A DNA stretch of 25,880 nucleotides, from contig JBHEMM010000010.1 of the NCBI GenBank assembly GCA_046262595.1, forward strand, positions 11,603-37,482. The letters are read 5' to 3'. Under the pieces are notes generated by a model. That model saw only the letters and a program-made list of their open reading frames with translations. It did no database searches and was not told where the DNA came from. Origin of the DNA: Vulcanimicrobiaceae bacterium (GTDB taxonomy: Bacteria; Vulcanimicrobiota; Vulcanimicrobiia; Vulcanimicrobiales; Vulcanimicrobiaceae). Made by a program: the position numbers and the translations under genes. Within the stretch, counting starts at the first letter, position 1. Each line of letters opens with the position of its first letter. This document shows positions 1-7,770 of the stretch, in pieces.

Positions 1-108
1 CAGCACGCCCTTCCGTCCTTGGAGACCTGATGCTTGACTGAGAGGGCGCGCTACTGAGTAGTCCTGACAAGGGAACCCCCCGACCAGGAGATCGACCGAC
101 GGAACGTC
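1..108 (-). other. Fragment of a C5-cytosine DNA methyltransferase gene (catalytic motif IV), joined to tyrS
   Basis: Minus strand 108->1 translates without stops as DVPSVDLLVGGFPCQDYSVARPLSQASGLQGRKGVL. GGFPCQ is the C5-MTase catalytic motif. Not in the ORF track (no start codon, runs off the edge). Confidence 0.85.
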
Positions 109-1092
109 GACTTCACCTCGCGCATCGGCGATCCGTCCGGGCGCAACGAATTGCGGCCGCCGCTCACCTCGGAGCAGATCGAGGCGAACATGCGCACGTA
201 TGCGGAGCAAGCCGGTAAGATTTTGGACATGGAACGCATTCGCTTGGCATACAATTCGCAGTGGCTCGCGCCCCTCTCGATGGCCGAACTGCTGCGCCTG
301 TTTTCTAAAATAACGGTCGCGCAGATGCTGGAACGCGAAGATTTCCGCAACCGCTACAACGCGGGCACGCCGATCTACTTTCATGAGTTTCTTTATCCGA
401 TCGCGCAGGCGTACGACAGCGTTGCGCTGCGCGCGGACGTCGAGCTCGGTGGGAACGATCAGCTCTTCAACTTGCTGATGGGGCGCCATTATCAGCGCGA
501 AGCAGGCCAGCGCGAGCAAGTGTGCATGACCGTTCCGCTGCTCGAAGGGCTGGACGGCATTGAGAAGATGTCGAAGTCGAAAAACAACTCTGTGGGCATT
601 ACGGAATCACCGCAGGAACAATTCGGAAAGCTGATGCGAATCGCGGATGACATGATGCCGCGGTACGCGCGTCTGGCGGCGTTCCGCACACAAGAAGAAA
701 CCAGCGCGCTGCAGGCCGGACTGGAAACCGGCGCGCTGCACCCGATGGAAGAGAAAAAGCGCCTGGCTCACGACATCGTCGCGCGCTACCACTCAGCGCA
801 GGACGCGCAGGCCGCACAGGCGTTCTTCGAGCGTACCGTTCAGCGCAAAGAGTTGCCCGAAGGCGACCTCGTACAGATTACGGCGGGAGCGGCGCGGCGC
901 GTCAGCGAGGTGTTGGTTGCGGCGGGCTTGGCCCAGAGCAAGCGCGCGGCGGAGCGACTGATCTCGGGGAACGGCGTGAAGATCGATGGTACGATGGTGA
1001 CGGACCCCCGAGCGCCGTGGACCGCAGGCGGGCCGGTGGTGCTCTCCGTGGGCTCGCGCCGGTTTGTCAAAGTGCTGCCGAACGAAGGATGA
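109..1092 (+). CDS. tyrS: Tyrosine--tRNA ligase, 5'-truncated (HIGH-motif region absent)
   Basis: DFTSRIGDPSGR begins at 109, followed by YPIAQAYD, ELGGNDQLFN, KMSKS and a C-terminal S4-like domain. The same frame has stops at 28-30 and 55-57, so the N-terminus is missing. Confidence 0.95.
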   Translation, partial: DFTSRIGDPSGRNELRPPLTSEQIEANMRTYAEQAGKILDMERIRLAYNSQWLAPLSMAELLRLFSKITVAQMLEREDFRNRYNAGTPIYFHEFLYPIAQAYDSVALRADVELGGNDQLFNLLMGRHYQREAGQREQVCMTVPLLEGLDGIEKMSKSKNNSVGITESPQEQFGKLMRIADDMMPRYARLAAFRTQEETSALQAGLETGALHPMEEKKRLAHDIVARYHSAQDAQAAQAFFERTVQRKELPEGDLVQITAGAARRVSEVLVAAGLAQSKRAAERLISGNGVKIDGTMVTDPRAPWTAGGPVVLSVGSRRFVKVLPNEG

Positions 1093-1094
1093 TC

Positions 1095-1271
1095 ATGCCT
1101 GAAAAATTTGTATGCAGGCGCTGCAAGCGCGAATACGATTATCCGCGTCCGGGCGAGCGGCCGATCCGGTGCGAATGCGGATGGTGGTACGAAAACGATC
1201 ACGGCATCATTAAGGAAGCGTATTGGGAACGCATCGGTAGTTACCGCGAACCGCCCAAGCAGCTTTTCTAA
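1095..1271 (+). CDS. Small (58 aa) putative zinc-ribbon protein
   Basis: CRRC...CEC cysteine pairs. GAAGGA lies just upstream of ATG 1095; an alternative ATG at 1089 overlaps the tyrS stop (ATGA). Fills the gap between tyrS and hslO. Confidence 0.6.
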   Translation: MPEKFVCRRCKREYDYPRPGERPIRCECGWWYENDHGIIKEAYWERIGSYREPPKQLF

Positions 1272-2153
1272 CTACAGCAGCGCCGCAACGGCACGGATTT
1301 CGTCGGGCGTAAACACGTAGCGCTCTTTACAGAACTCGCACGTCGCTTCGGTTTCTTCGCGCTCGCGCGCCATGCGGTGCAACTCGTCCGCGCCTAAACC
1401 GCAGAGAGCCGTCTGCACTTTCTCGCGCGTGCAGCGGCACGCAAACTCCAGAGCTATCGTGCGATGCGATCGCAGCGGAACCTCACCGGCGATCGCTTCG
1501 AGCAGCGCGCGCGCGCCGGCACCCTGCGCGATGAGTTTCGTAACCGGCGGCAGGGCGAGCGCACGAGCCTCCAAAGCAGCGACGGCCCGTTCGTCGGCGC
1601 CGGGCAGCACTTGCGCAAGTAAACCGCCGGCGGCTTTCACACCGACCGGATCCGCTAAAACACCAAGCGCGACGACGCTGCGGATTTGCTCGGAGTTGAC
1701 CAGATAGGACCCAATGTCTTCAGCGATTTCGCCGGTGTAGAGCGGGACGACGCCCGAATACGGCTGGCCGGCCTCGAACGATTTCGTCACTTGCAGCGAA
1801 CCCGAACCCACCGCGGCCGCTACGTCGAATTTGCCGTGCGCGTTGAGCGGAACGTCGGCTTGCGGCACCTTTGCGTATGCGCGCACGCCGATGCGGCCGG
1901 GCGCAATCGTCCACGCATCGGCGACAACGCCGCGCAGCGGGCCGTCGCCGCTGATCTGCAGCGAAATGCGCTCCGAGCCCTGTAAATTCGCCGCCATCAG
2001 CGCCGCACCGGTCGCGAGGCGCCCGACAGCGGCGGTTGCCGTCGGTGAGAGGCCGTGCCGCGCCTGCGTTTCACGCACCAATTCCGTCGTGACCGCTGCC
2101 ACGATGGAAAAACCGGCGCCGGCTGCCGAGGCGCCGATCAGGAAATCCGCCAT
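1272..2153 (-). CDS. hslO: Hsp33 redox-regulated chaperone
   Basis: GDGPL, YLVNSEQI, AAGGLLAQVLPGA and the C-terminal zinc motif CRC...CEFC. Start placed at ATG 2153 (MADFL). Confidence 0.93.
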   Translation of the reverse strand: MADFLIGASAAGAGFSIVAAVTTELVRETQARHGLSPTATAAVGRLATGAALMAANLQGSERISLQISGDGPLRGVVADAWTIAPGRIGVRAYAKVPQADVPLNAHGKFDVAAAVGSGSLQVTKSFEAGQPYSGVVPLYTGEIAEDIGSYLVNSEQIRSVVALGVLADPVGVKAAGGLLAQVLPGADERAVAALEARALALPPVTKLIAQGAGARALLEAIAGEVPLRSHRTIALEFACRCTREKVQTALCGLGADELHRMAREREETEATCEFCKERYVFTPDEIRAVAALL

Positions 2154-2205
2154 ACGGCGCACCTGATACCCAGGTTGCTTGCCCGGCACCTGCGAAGCCC
2201 GCAGC

Positions 2206-2652
2206 ATGCGTGTAGTGGTCATTCACGGGCCGAATTTGAATTTGCTCGGTGAGCGCGAACCGGCGATCTACGGAAGCGAGAAGCTGGCCGACATCGACGC
2301 CCGGATCGCGCAGCTCGCGCAAGAGTTAGGCATTGCGGTGCGGGCGGCGCAGTACAACGGTGAAGGCGCGATCGTGGACGCGCTGCATGCAGCGCGCGAA
2401 GCCGGAGATGCCGTTGTGCTGAACCCGGGCGCGTACACGCACTACTCGTATGCGATCGCCGATGCGATCGCGGCGATTGGCATCCCCGTCATTGAAGTGC
2501 ACCTCTCGAACGTGCATGCGCGCGAAGCGTTCCGCCGTACGAGCGTCGTCGCTCCGGTGTGTGCGGGAAGCATCGGCGGCTTCGGCGCGGATTCTTATCT
2601 GCTTGCGCTGCGCGCCGCCGCGGCGCTCATCTCCAGGAGGACCGGTTCTTGA
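2206..2652 (+). CDS. aroQ: Type II 3-dehydroquinate dehydratase
   Basis: HGPNLNLLGEREP, NPGAYTH and EVHLSN signature motifs. Start at ATG 2206. Confidence 0.96.
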   Translation: MRVVVIHGPNLNLLGEREPAIYGSEKLADIDARIAQLAQELGIAVRAAQYNGEGAIVDALHAAREAGDAVVLNPGAYTHYSYAIADAIAAIGIPVIEVHLSNVHAREAFRRTSVVAPVCAGSIGGFGADSYLLALRAAAALISRRTGS

Positions 2653-2966
2653 CCAAAGCAGAGATCGCCGATTCCCTATCGAGTGAAGAACAGCTTTCCA
2701 AGCGGCAATCGGCGCGCATCGTCGAGCTGATCTTCAACGAATGCCGCTCGGCCCTCGAAAAAGGCGAACGCGTGACGCTGCCTCCGTTCGGAACGTTCGT
2801 CGTGCGCGCACGCAAAGCGCGCGAAGGCCGCAATCCGAAGACCGGCGATGCAATCAACATCCCTGCGCGTAAAGTGGTGGCGTTTGTCGCCGCGAAAGGC
2901 TTGAAAGATGCGGTCAGCGGCAACGCGCGCGGCAAAAAGCGTAAGAAGGAAGGACGCAAGGCCTGA
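2649..2966 (+). CDS. hup: HU/IHF-family DNA-binding protein with a short basic C-terminal tail
   Basis: TTG start overlaps the aroQ stop, with AGGAGG at 2635-2640. Motifs MTKAEI, FGTF and REGRNPKTG; tail GKKRKKEGRKA. Confidence 0.92.
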   Translation: MTKAEIADSLSSEEQLSKRQSARIVELIFNECRSALEKGERVTLPPFGTFVVRARKAREGRNPKTGDAINIPARKVVAFVAAKGLKDAVSGNARGKKRKKEGRKA

Positions 2967-3007
2967 CCGGGCCAATGGATAGCCGCCCCGCGCGCCGTTG
3001 GATTCTG

Positions 3008-3085
3008 CGGGCTGTAGCGAAGCTTGGTTATCGCGCTTGACTGGGGGTCAAGAGATCGCTGGTTCGAATCCAGTCAGCCCGACCA
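3008..3085 (+). tRNA. tRNA-Pro (anticodon GGG)
   Basis: Acceptor stem CGGGCTG/CAGCCCG, anticodon arm CTTGA-CTGGGGG-TCAAG, T-loop GGTTCGAATCC and an encoded CCA end. Confidence 0.97.
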
Positions 3086-3090
3086 ATAAT

Positions 3091-3128
3091 GCCTCGTCAA
3101 ATCAGTGTTTTTGGCGGGGCTTTTTTTC
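3091..3128 (+). terminator. Intrinsic terminator after tRNA-Pro, within the islet
   Basis: GCCTCGTCAAA pairs with TTTGGCGGGGC (using G-U pairs), followed by a T8 run. Confidence 0.7.
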
Positions 3129-3397
3129 GGACCGCAATTGTGGCCCAATGTCCGCGCAGTTAGCGGCAGATAGGCTGTTTAATCATGCCGCATTATGTTT
3201 CGGTCGTGGGCCTTATGAGACCCAAGGGATTGCAGAGGAAACCGCCGAGCAGGCGTGCGCCGGGGCGCGACTGTGAATTCGTCAGATTTCCGTAGCTTTG
3301 CGCGACAAAACCTAAGCGCAACCGTCACACACGATAGAACCGTCAGAATTGTTGAAAACCAACGGTGTCGTTTTAGGCGTAGACTGCCAGTTCCGTT

Positions 3398-4297
3398 TCA
3401 CGGATTGTATCGAAATGCTTTGTATCCCGCGAGACTGAGTTCATGCTTAGGCGCGACGGCAAAGTAGTGGAGTTTTATGTTTACCTGGTCATTATCCAAC
3501 ACTTCAAATTTTGCCGTGGTTCGATTATCGACGCCGCCTGAAAATTCGTAATTTCCCCGGTAGGAAAGGCCCTCACGAATCTGTCCGTCCCATTTAAGGA
3601 AAAGTAAGTCATCTTTACGATAAAACTCAATGAGCGACTTATCGCTCATTGAGTACGTACCGGTCAACCGCTCATAAAGGCCGGCCTCTGGCTTTACCTC
3701 TTTTGACATTACGACGTCAAATTTCAGCACTTTTTCGCGAAGGCCATTCTCGGAGATCGCTAAAATTCGGTTGAAGGCATGGGTAGATGAAGCGGACGGG
3801 TCGGTTTCGAGATACGGATCGCCCTTCAGATAGAGCTGCGTTATGAGGCCGCGGTAATCCGCATGCGAAACGAGCAGATGTATATGCGCCGGCCGCCATA
3901 CGGTTTCGTTGGCTGGGTATGGGATAGGGTGCATCGCCGTAAAGCGATATTCTCCATCGGCGCCCGTTTCTTGAGCGCCTCTGTAACGAAATTCGCTCGT
4001 GATATTATCGTATAGTTTATCTTCTCCGCACTGCCAAATCTCTATAAGGGCGTTTTTGAGTGGTGTACGGCCGTCCGCTCCGTAGATGGCTCCCGAAAGA
4101 TGAATCAGTTGGCCAGAGTACTCGCGCGGAACGATAGTGGTTCTGATGGGAGCTCCAGGTCTATAGAACGGTCCTAAAATATCAGTTGAAGTTGGTGTGT
4201 CACCGATAAACCCGTCTTTGCTCCAACCTATTTTCCCCATTACGCCCACTGCGACAGCAAACGTACCGGTGCCCCGAACGAACGTCGTGCGTTTCAT
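3398..4297 (-). CDS. Intradiol ring-cleavage dioxygenase family protein (catechol/protocatechuate dioxygenase-like) with a C-terminal extension
   Basis: GPFYRPGAP, IEIWQ, LYDN, FRYRG, IPYP and RPAHIH give the Tyr/Tyr/His/His Fe(III) ligand pattern. Likely start ATG 4297 (MKRTTFVRG). Confidence 0.85.
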   Translation of the reverse strand: MKRTTFVRGTGTFAVAVGVMGKIGWSKDGFIGDTPTSTDILGPFYRPGAPIRTTIVPREYSGQLIHLSGAIYGADGRTPLKNALIEIWQCGEDKLYDNITSEFRYRGAQETGADGEYRFTAMHPIPYPANETVWRPAHIHLLVSHADYRGLITQLYLKGDPYLETDPSASSTHAFNRILAISENGLREKVLKFDVVMSKEVKPEAGLYERLTGTYSMSDKSLIEFYRKDDLLFLKWDGQIREGLSYRGNYEFSGGVDNRTTAKFEVLDNDQVNIKLHYFAVAPKHELSLAGYKAFRYNP

Positions 4298-4600
4298 TGC
4301 TCTAAGCATGCGTCTTACTCTGTTGGAAGCCCTGCTCTGAGCGGCCGCGCTTGCGCTTGAGGCTACGCGCACCACCAGAGTTGATTGCGTCGCGCTGAAG
4401 TCTCACTATGCCGACAGTTTACAGCAGGGCCCTTAGTAGGGATGGCAGCAAAAAAAGAAGGTTGTCAGGCGCCAGTCGGAGTGGTTCGTCTACGGCACGA
4501 GCCTTCCGCATATTCGTTGACCATTGCGCATGCCTCTGTCGCATAGAACTCGATCGCGTCCTTCGGCACCGCGGTTTTCCTGTCGCGCCTCAGCCTGACT

Positions 4601-4642
4601 CTGGGGGTTAAGAGATCGCTGGTGCGAATCCAGTCAGCCCGA
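4601..4642 (+). repeat. Degenerate copy of the tRNA-Pro 3' half (att-like direct repeat)
   Basis: CTGGGGGTTAAGAGATCGCTGGTGCGAATCCAGTCAGCCCGA versus the tRNA's CTGGGGGTCAAGAGATCGCTGGTTCGAATCCAGTCAGCCCGA. No CCA follows. Confidence 0.93.
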
Positions 4643-4651
4643 GATGTCGCG

Positions 4652-4685
4652 AAAAGCCCCGGACGTCGACGTCCCGGGGCTTTTT
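4652..4685. terminator. Bidirectional intrinsic terminator
   Basis: AAAAGCCCCGG...CCGGGGCTTTTT hairpin with A and T tracts on both sides. It lies between the att copy and the stop of the MerR gene. Confidence 0.85.
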
Positions 4686-4710
4686 GCTGTTGTTGGGTCG
4701 TTGAACGCGC

Positions 4711-5484
4711 TCAGGATGACTGCGCCCGTACGCGATCGAGGAAGGTTTGCGCTTCGTCGGTCCACGGGCGTTTGATCGTTGCGGGCCAGTTGGGCTGGTC
4801 GGCGTAGAGTTTCTTCAAGGCCGTCGTTACGCCGGGATCGTTGCGGGTGAAGCCGGCAACGAGTTCGCACCAGCGGCGGTTGAGCGCTTGCGCGTGTTCG
4901 CTTGCGGGATCCGTGCCGTCTTTGGCGGCGGTTTCAACTTCGGCGATCAGGTCCGCCCAGTCTTGCTGCGCTTTCTGTATGCCGGCCTCGCCCAGCTGCT
5001 GGCGCGTTTGCGCGATCTTTTCTTTGTCGTCCGGCGTGTAGTATTTTTCGGTCCAGCTGTAGTCGTCTTTCATTTTTAATGCCTCAATGACGTGGTCCAC
5101 TGCTTCACGGCGCCCGGCCGCATCGCCGGTTTGGAGTGCGTCGCGCGCGCGCTCGATGGCCTGCAGCGCCGCATCCAGGCGCCGCTGCTCCTGCAGAACG
5201 ATTTCGCGCTGCAGCTCGAGCGCAACCGCGAACGGCTGCGGCGGACCGCTGAGCAGTTTTTTGATGTGACGGAGTTCGAAGCGCACGAACCGCAGCGCCA
5301 GGATCTGCTCGAGGCGTTCCAGGTCTTGCTCGTCGTACAGCCGGTATCCCGACTGCGTACGTGCTGAAGGACAAAGCAGACCGATGCGATCGTAAAAGTG
5401 CAGCGTTCGCACCGTTACGCCCGCGCGCTCCGCGAACTCTTTGGCCTGGTAGTATTGCTTTTGCGGCGCTTCCATAACGTTCAC
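4711..5484 (-). CDS. MerR-family regulator, TipA/Mta type (N-terminal HTH plus TipAS-like ligand-binding domain)
   Basis: GVTVRTLHFYDRIGLL...SGYRLY HTH; C-terminal DPASEHAQAL..RW..LV..FT. Start at GTG 5484 or ATG 5475. Confidence 0.92.
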   Translation of the reverse strand: MNVMEAPQKQYYQAKEFAERAGVTVRTLHFYDRIGLLCPSARTQSGYRLYDEQDLERLEQILALRFVRFELRHIKKLLSGPPQPFAVALELQREIVLQEQRRLDAALQAIERARDALQTGDAAGRREAVDHVIEALKMKDDYSWTEKYYTPDDKEKIAQTRQQLGEAGIQKAQQDWADLIAEVETAAKDGTDPASEHAQALNRRWCELVAGFTRNDPGVTTALKKLYADQPNWPATIKRPWTDEAQTFLDRVRAQSS

Positions 5485-5491
5485 TTCAACG

Positions 5492-5522
5492 ACCCTACAG
5501 TATGACGTAACGTTAGGGTCAA
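5492..5522 (-). promoter_or_regulatory. MerR-type autoregulated promoter/operator with a 19-bp spacer
   Basis: Minus strand reads TTGACC-ctaacgttacgtcatactg(19 nt)-TAGGGT, with the dyad TaACGT-t-ACGTcA in the spacer. Confidence 0.8.
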
Positions 5523-5558
5523 GAAGGGCACGCGCCTTTGCGTTGAACGTCGTCGGCG

Positions 5559-5990
5559 ATGCAAGAGGCTCTTTTCACGCCGCCAGCCGGCCAAGCAACG
5601 CTCTTTGCCGACGGCGGTTCGCGCGGTAATCCGGGCCCGGCCGCCTCGGGCGCCGTGCTCGTCGGCGTGGACGGCGAGGTGATCGAAGAGCGCGGCGCCT
5701 TTCTGGGAACCGCCACAAACAACGTGGCCGAGTGGACGGCGCTGGAGATCGGGCTCCAGGCCGCACTCGAGCGGGGCATCAAACGTTTACACGTGCGTAT
5801 GGACAGCGAACTGGTGGTCAAGCAGCTCTCCGGGGAGTACCGGGTGAAGCATCCGGGGCTGCAGCCGCTTTACCGTCGCGTGCGCGCGCTGCTCGGCCGC
5901 TTCGAAGCGGTCGACGTGCGGCACGTGCGCCGCAAGGATAACGCGTTGGCCGACGCGGTGGTCAATCAGGTGCTCGATGCGCAGCAATAA
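5559..5990 (+). CDS. rnhA: Ribonuclease HI family protein
   Basis: DGGSRGNPG, TNNVAEW, DSELVVKQ and N.LAD give the D-E-D-D catalytic set. Confidence 0.9.
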   Translation: MQEALFTPPAGQATLFADGGSRGNPGPAASGAVLVGVDGEVIEERGAFLGTATNNVAEWTALEIGLQAALERGIKRLHVRMDSELVVKQLSGEYRVKHPGLQPLYRRVRALLGRFEAVDVRHVRRKDNALADAVVNQVLDAQQ

Positions 5991-6630
5991 CTGGTTCGGC
6001 ACGGCGATGTTCGTGTTCGTCGTCGTGTTCGTCATCTGCGGCCTGGTGTTTTTCCGCTGGCACGACTTCGAGGACAAGGCGGCCGTGCATCGCGTGCTCA
6101 CATCGCGCAGCGTGCTCGACTTCTCGCTCAAGGTGCAGTACGGCAAACCGCCGGTGTACAACGAGCTGTATCACCTGCACAACGACAACGGAACCTCCAG
6201 CGCACAGTACCGCATTCAAGGCTACTCCGGCAAAGTGGTGACGATAACGCTGCCGCCCGATAAGACGTATGCGGTCACGTTTCTCTTTCAAGAGCTGGTG
6301 CAAGACGGCATTTGGCAGCTCACGAACAAACCCGATGCCGGAAATACGGATGCGCATTACACGCTGCACGTCTTTCAAGTTGCCGACAAAGAGCAAGGCT
6401 CGCGCACGATCACGTTCACCGACCCGCACTATTGGGCGGTGACGGCGGGGCGTCAATATCATATTGCCCTTTCGCGCAACGGCCCGACGCCCGATTTGAC
6501 GAAGCTCGAGAGCACGTCGATCGCCGATCCGCGCTTCGAGAACATCGTTACCGCATTCCGCACCTTCGGCCCCGCGTCGTTTCGCGCGCGGGTGCGGCAG
6601 GCGCGTAATCTGATCGCGAGTTCCCGCTGA
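5977..6630 (+). CDS. Hypothetical protein with an N-terminal membrane anchor
   Basis: 217-aa ORF overlapping the rnhA end, with a hydrophobic N-terminal helix (AMFVFVVVFVICGLVFF) and host-like codons. No family recognised. Confidence 0.75.
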   Translation: MRSNNWFGTAMFVFVVVFVICGLVFFRWHDFEDKAAVHRVLTSRSVLDFSLKVQYGKPPVYNELYHLHNDNGTSSAQYRIQGYSGKVVTITLPPDKTYAVTFLFQELVQDGIWQLTNKPDAGNTDAHYTLHVFQVADKEQGSRTITFTDPHYWAVTAGRQYHIALSRNGPTPDLTKLESTSIADPRFENIVTAFRTFGPASFRARVRQARNLIASSR

Positions 6631-7427
6631 GGAAGCGTCCGCTTTCCTGGATCGCATCGGGCGCAGCACTCGCAGCACTGCTCGGATGCGCCGGCTATGC
6701 GGCGTACGAAGTCGCCGAGCAGCCGACCAATCAGGTATTCGGCGCCGCAGTAAGCGCCGGGCCGGCCAGCCAACGCGTGGTCGCGCTGACGTTCGACGAT
6801 GGGCCGAACCCCCCGTACACCGACGCGATCTTGGCCGTTCTCGAACAAGAGCACGTGCAAGCCACGTTCTTTCTCGTCGGCCGCGCCGTCGCCGCATACC
6901 CGGCGATCGTCCAGCGCGAGGCGCGTGACAACGATGCGCTGGGCAATCATTCGTGGGACCACGCGCACCTCATCGTCATGACGCCCGCGACGTTGAAGCG
7001 TTCGCTGCAGCGCACGGACGCGGCAATCGCGGCTGCAACGGGTTTGCATCCGCGCATCATGCGTCCGCCGTTCGGCGCGCGTGATTGGGAGGTCATGCAG
7101 ACCGCGCGCAAGTCGGGCTACACCGTCGTGATGTGGTCCGTACCGCTCGCGCGTGATTGGGAGAATCCGCCGCCGCAGGTGATAGCGCAACGGATCCTCG
7201 GCCGGGTGGCGGACGGGTCGATCATCGTGCTGCATGATGGCAACCAAGGCCGGTTGTGCGCAAAATGGAACCTCGCACCGTCGGTGTGCGACCGCAGCGC
7301 CGACGTAGACGCGACGCGTGAAATTGTGCGCGCGCTCAAGAAACGCGGCTACCGTTTTGTGACCATTCCGCAGTTAATGGCGATGCCCGCCCGCGTTAAG
7401 CGTAGACATGCCCTCGCCACTCGATGA
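6627..7427 (+). CDS. Polysaccharide deacetylase (CE4/NodB), membrane-anchored; probable CTG start
   Basis: TFDDGP, HSWDH, RPPFG, DW and IIVLHD motifs. The first canonical start is GTG 6777, but the frame is open from 6609 and encodes a signal/anchor segment from CTG 6627. Confidence 0.88.
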   Translation: MRKRPLSWIASGAALAALLGCAGYAAYEVAEQPTNQVFGAAVSAGPASQRVVALTFDDGPNPPYTDAILAVLEQEHVQATFFLVGRAVAAYPAIVQREARDNDALGNHSWDHAHLIVMTPATLKRSLQRTDAAIAAATGLHPRIMRPPFGARDWEVMQTARKSGYTVVMWSVPLARDWENPPPQVIAQRILGRVADGSIIVLHDGNQGRLCAKWNLAPSVCDRSADVDATREIVRALKKRGYRFVTIPQLMAMPARVKRRHALATR

Positions 7428-7728
7428 ATCCGCCGGCGTGGCGCCGCTGCGGATCGTGATGCGTCCAATGGACCACCGGCTCGCGTCCCGGATCGTGAAC
7501 CATCTCGCCGCGCACGCGCACGCGATCGCCCGGCTGCACGGGAATGCGCGGAGCGAGCGCGACGTTGTCGACGATCTGCACCGGACCGGCGCTCGTCTGC
7601 GCTTCGAAGGTTTCGTGCGTGCAGTGCGTGCGCGTTCCGTAAAAGAATCCGGGCGCCGAAACCACCCGTGCCTCGAAAGTAATCTCCGCCGGGCGGCTCG
7701 CGCCGTATGCGTCGCTGATGCTCATCAT
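7396..7728 (-). CDS. DUF3465-like small OB-fold protein
   Basis: HETF...DNVALAPRIP...GD.V.VRGE...VVHWTHHDP...H.GGFI pattern. Confidence 0.75.
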   Translation of the reverse strand: MMSISDAYGASRPAEITFEARVVSAPGFFYGTRTHCTHETFEAQTSAGPVQIVDNVALAPRIPVQPGDRVRVRGEMVHDPGREPVVHWTHHDPQRRHAGGFIEWRGHVYA

Positions 7729-7770
7729 GCGCTTCGTTCACGACGCTTCGTGGTAGGATAAAGAGCCACC

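Larger units (their letters stand above)
3041..4642. mobile_element. tRNA-Pro-integrated genomic islet (no integrase visible), bounded by 42-bp direct repeats
   Basis: 3041-3082 and 4601-4642 match at 40/42 positions. The interior is visibly AT-richer than the flanks. Confidence 0.8.

Noticed and set aside
1..108. IS end, intron or T-box leader upstream of tyrS
   Set aside because: The junction is inside the coding region, and the minus strand clearly encodes a C5-MTase motif.
2998..3276. 92-aa ORF
   Set aside because: Overlaps the tRNA-Pro gene and its terminator.
3320..3345. AACCGTCA direct repeat inside the islet as possible integrase arm sites
   Set aside because: Only two 8-bp copies and no counterpart near the other att site.
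4380..4600. Integrase remnant next to the right att repeat
   Set aside because: The frames I translated show no tyrosine or serine recombinase motifs.
4601..4642. Second tRNA gene
   Set aside because: Only the 3' half is present, the T-loop is mutated and there is no CCA. Treated as an att repeat.
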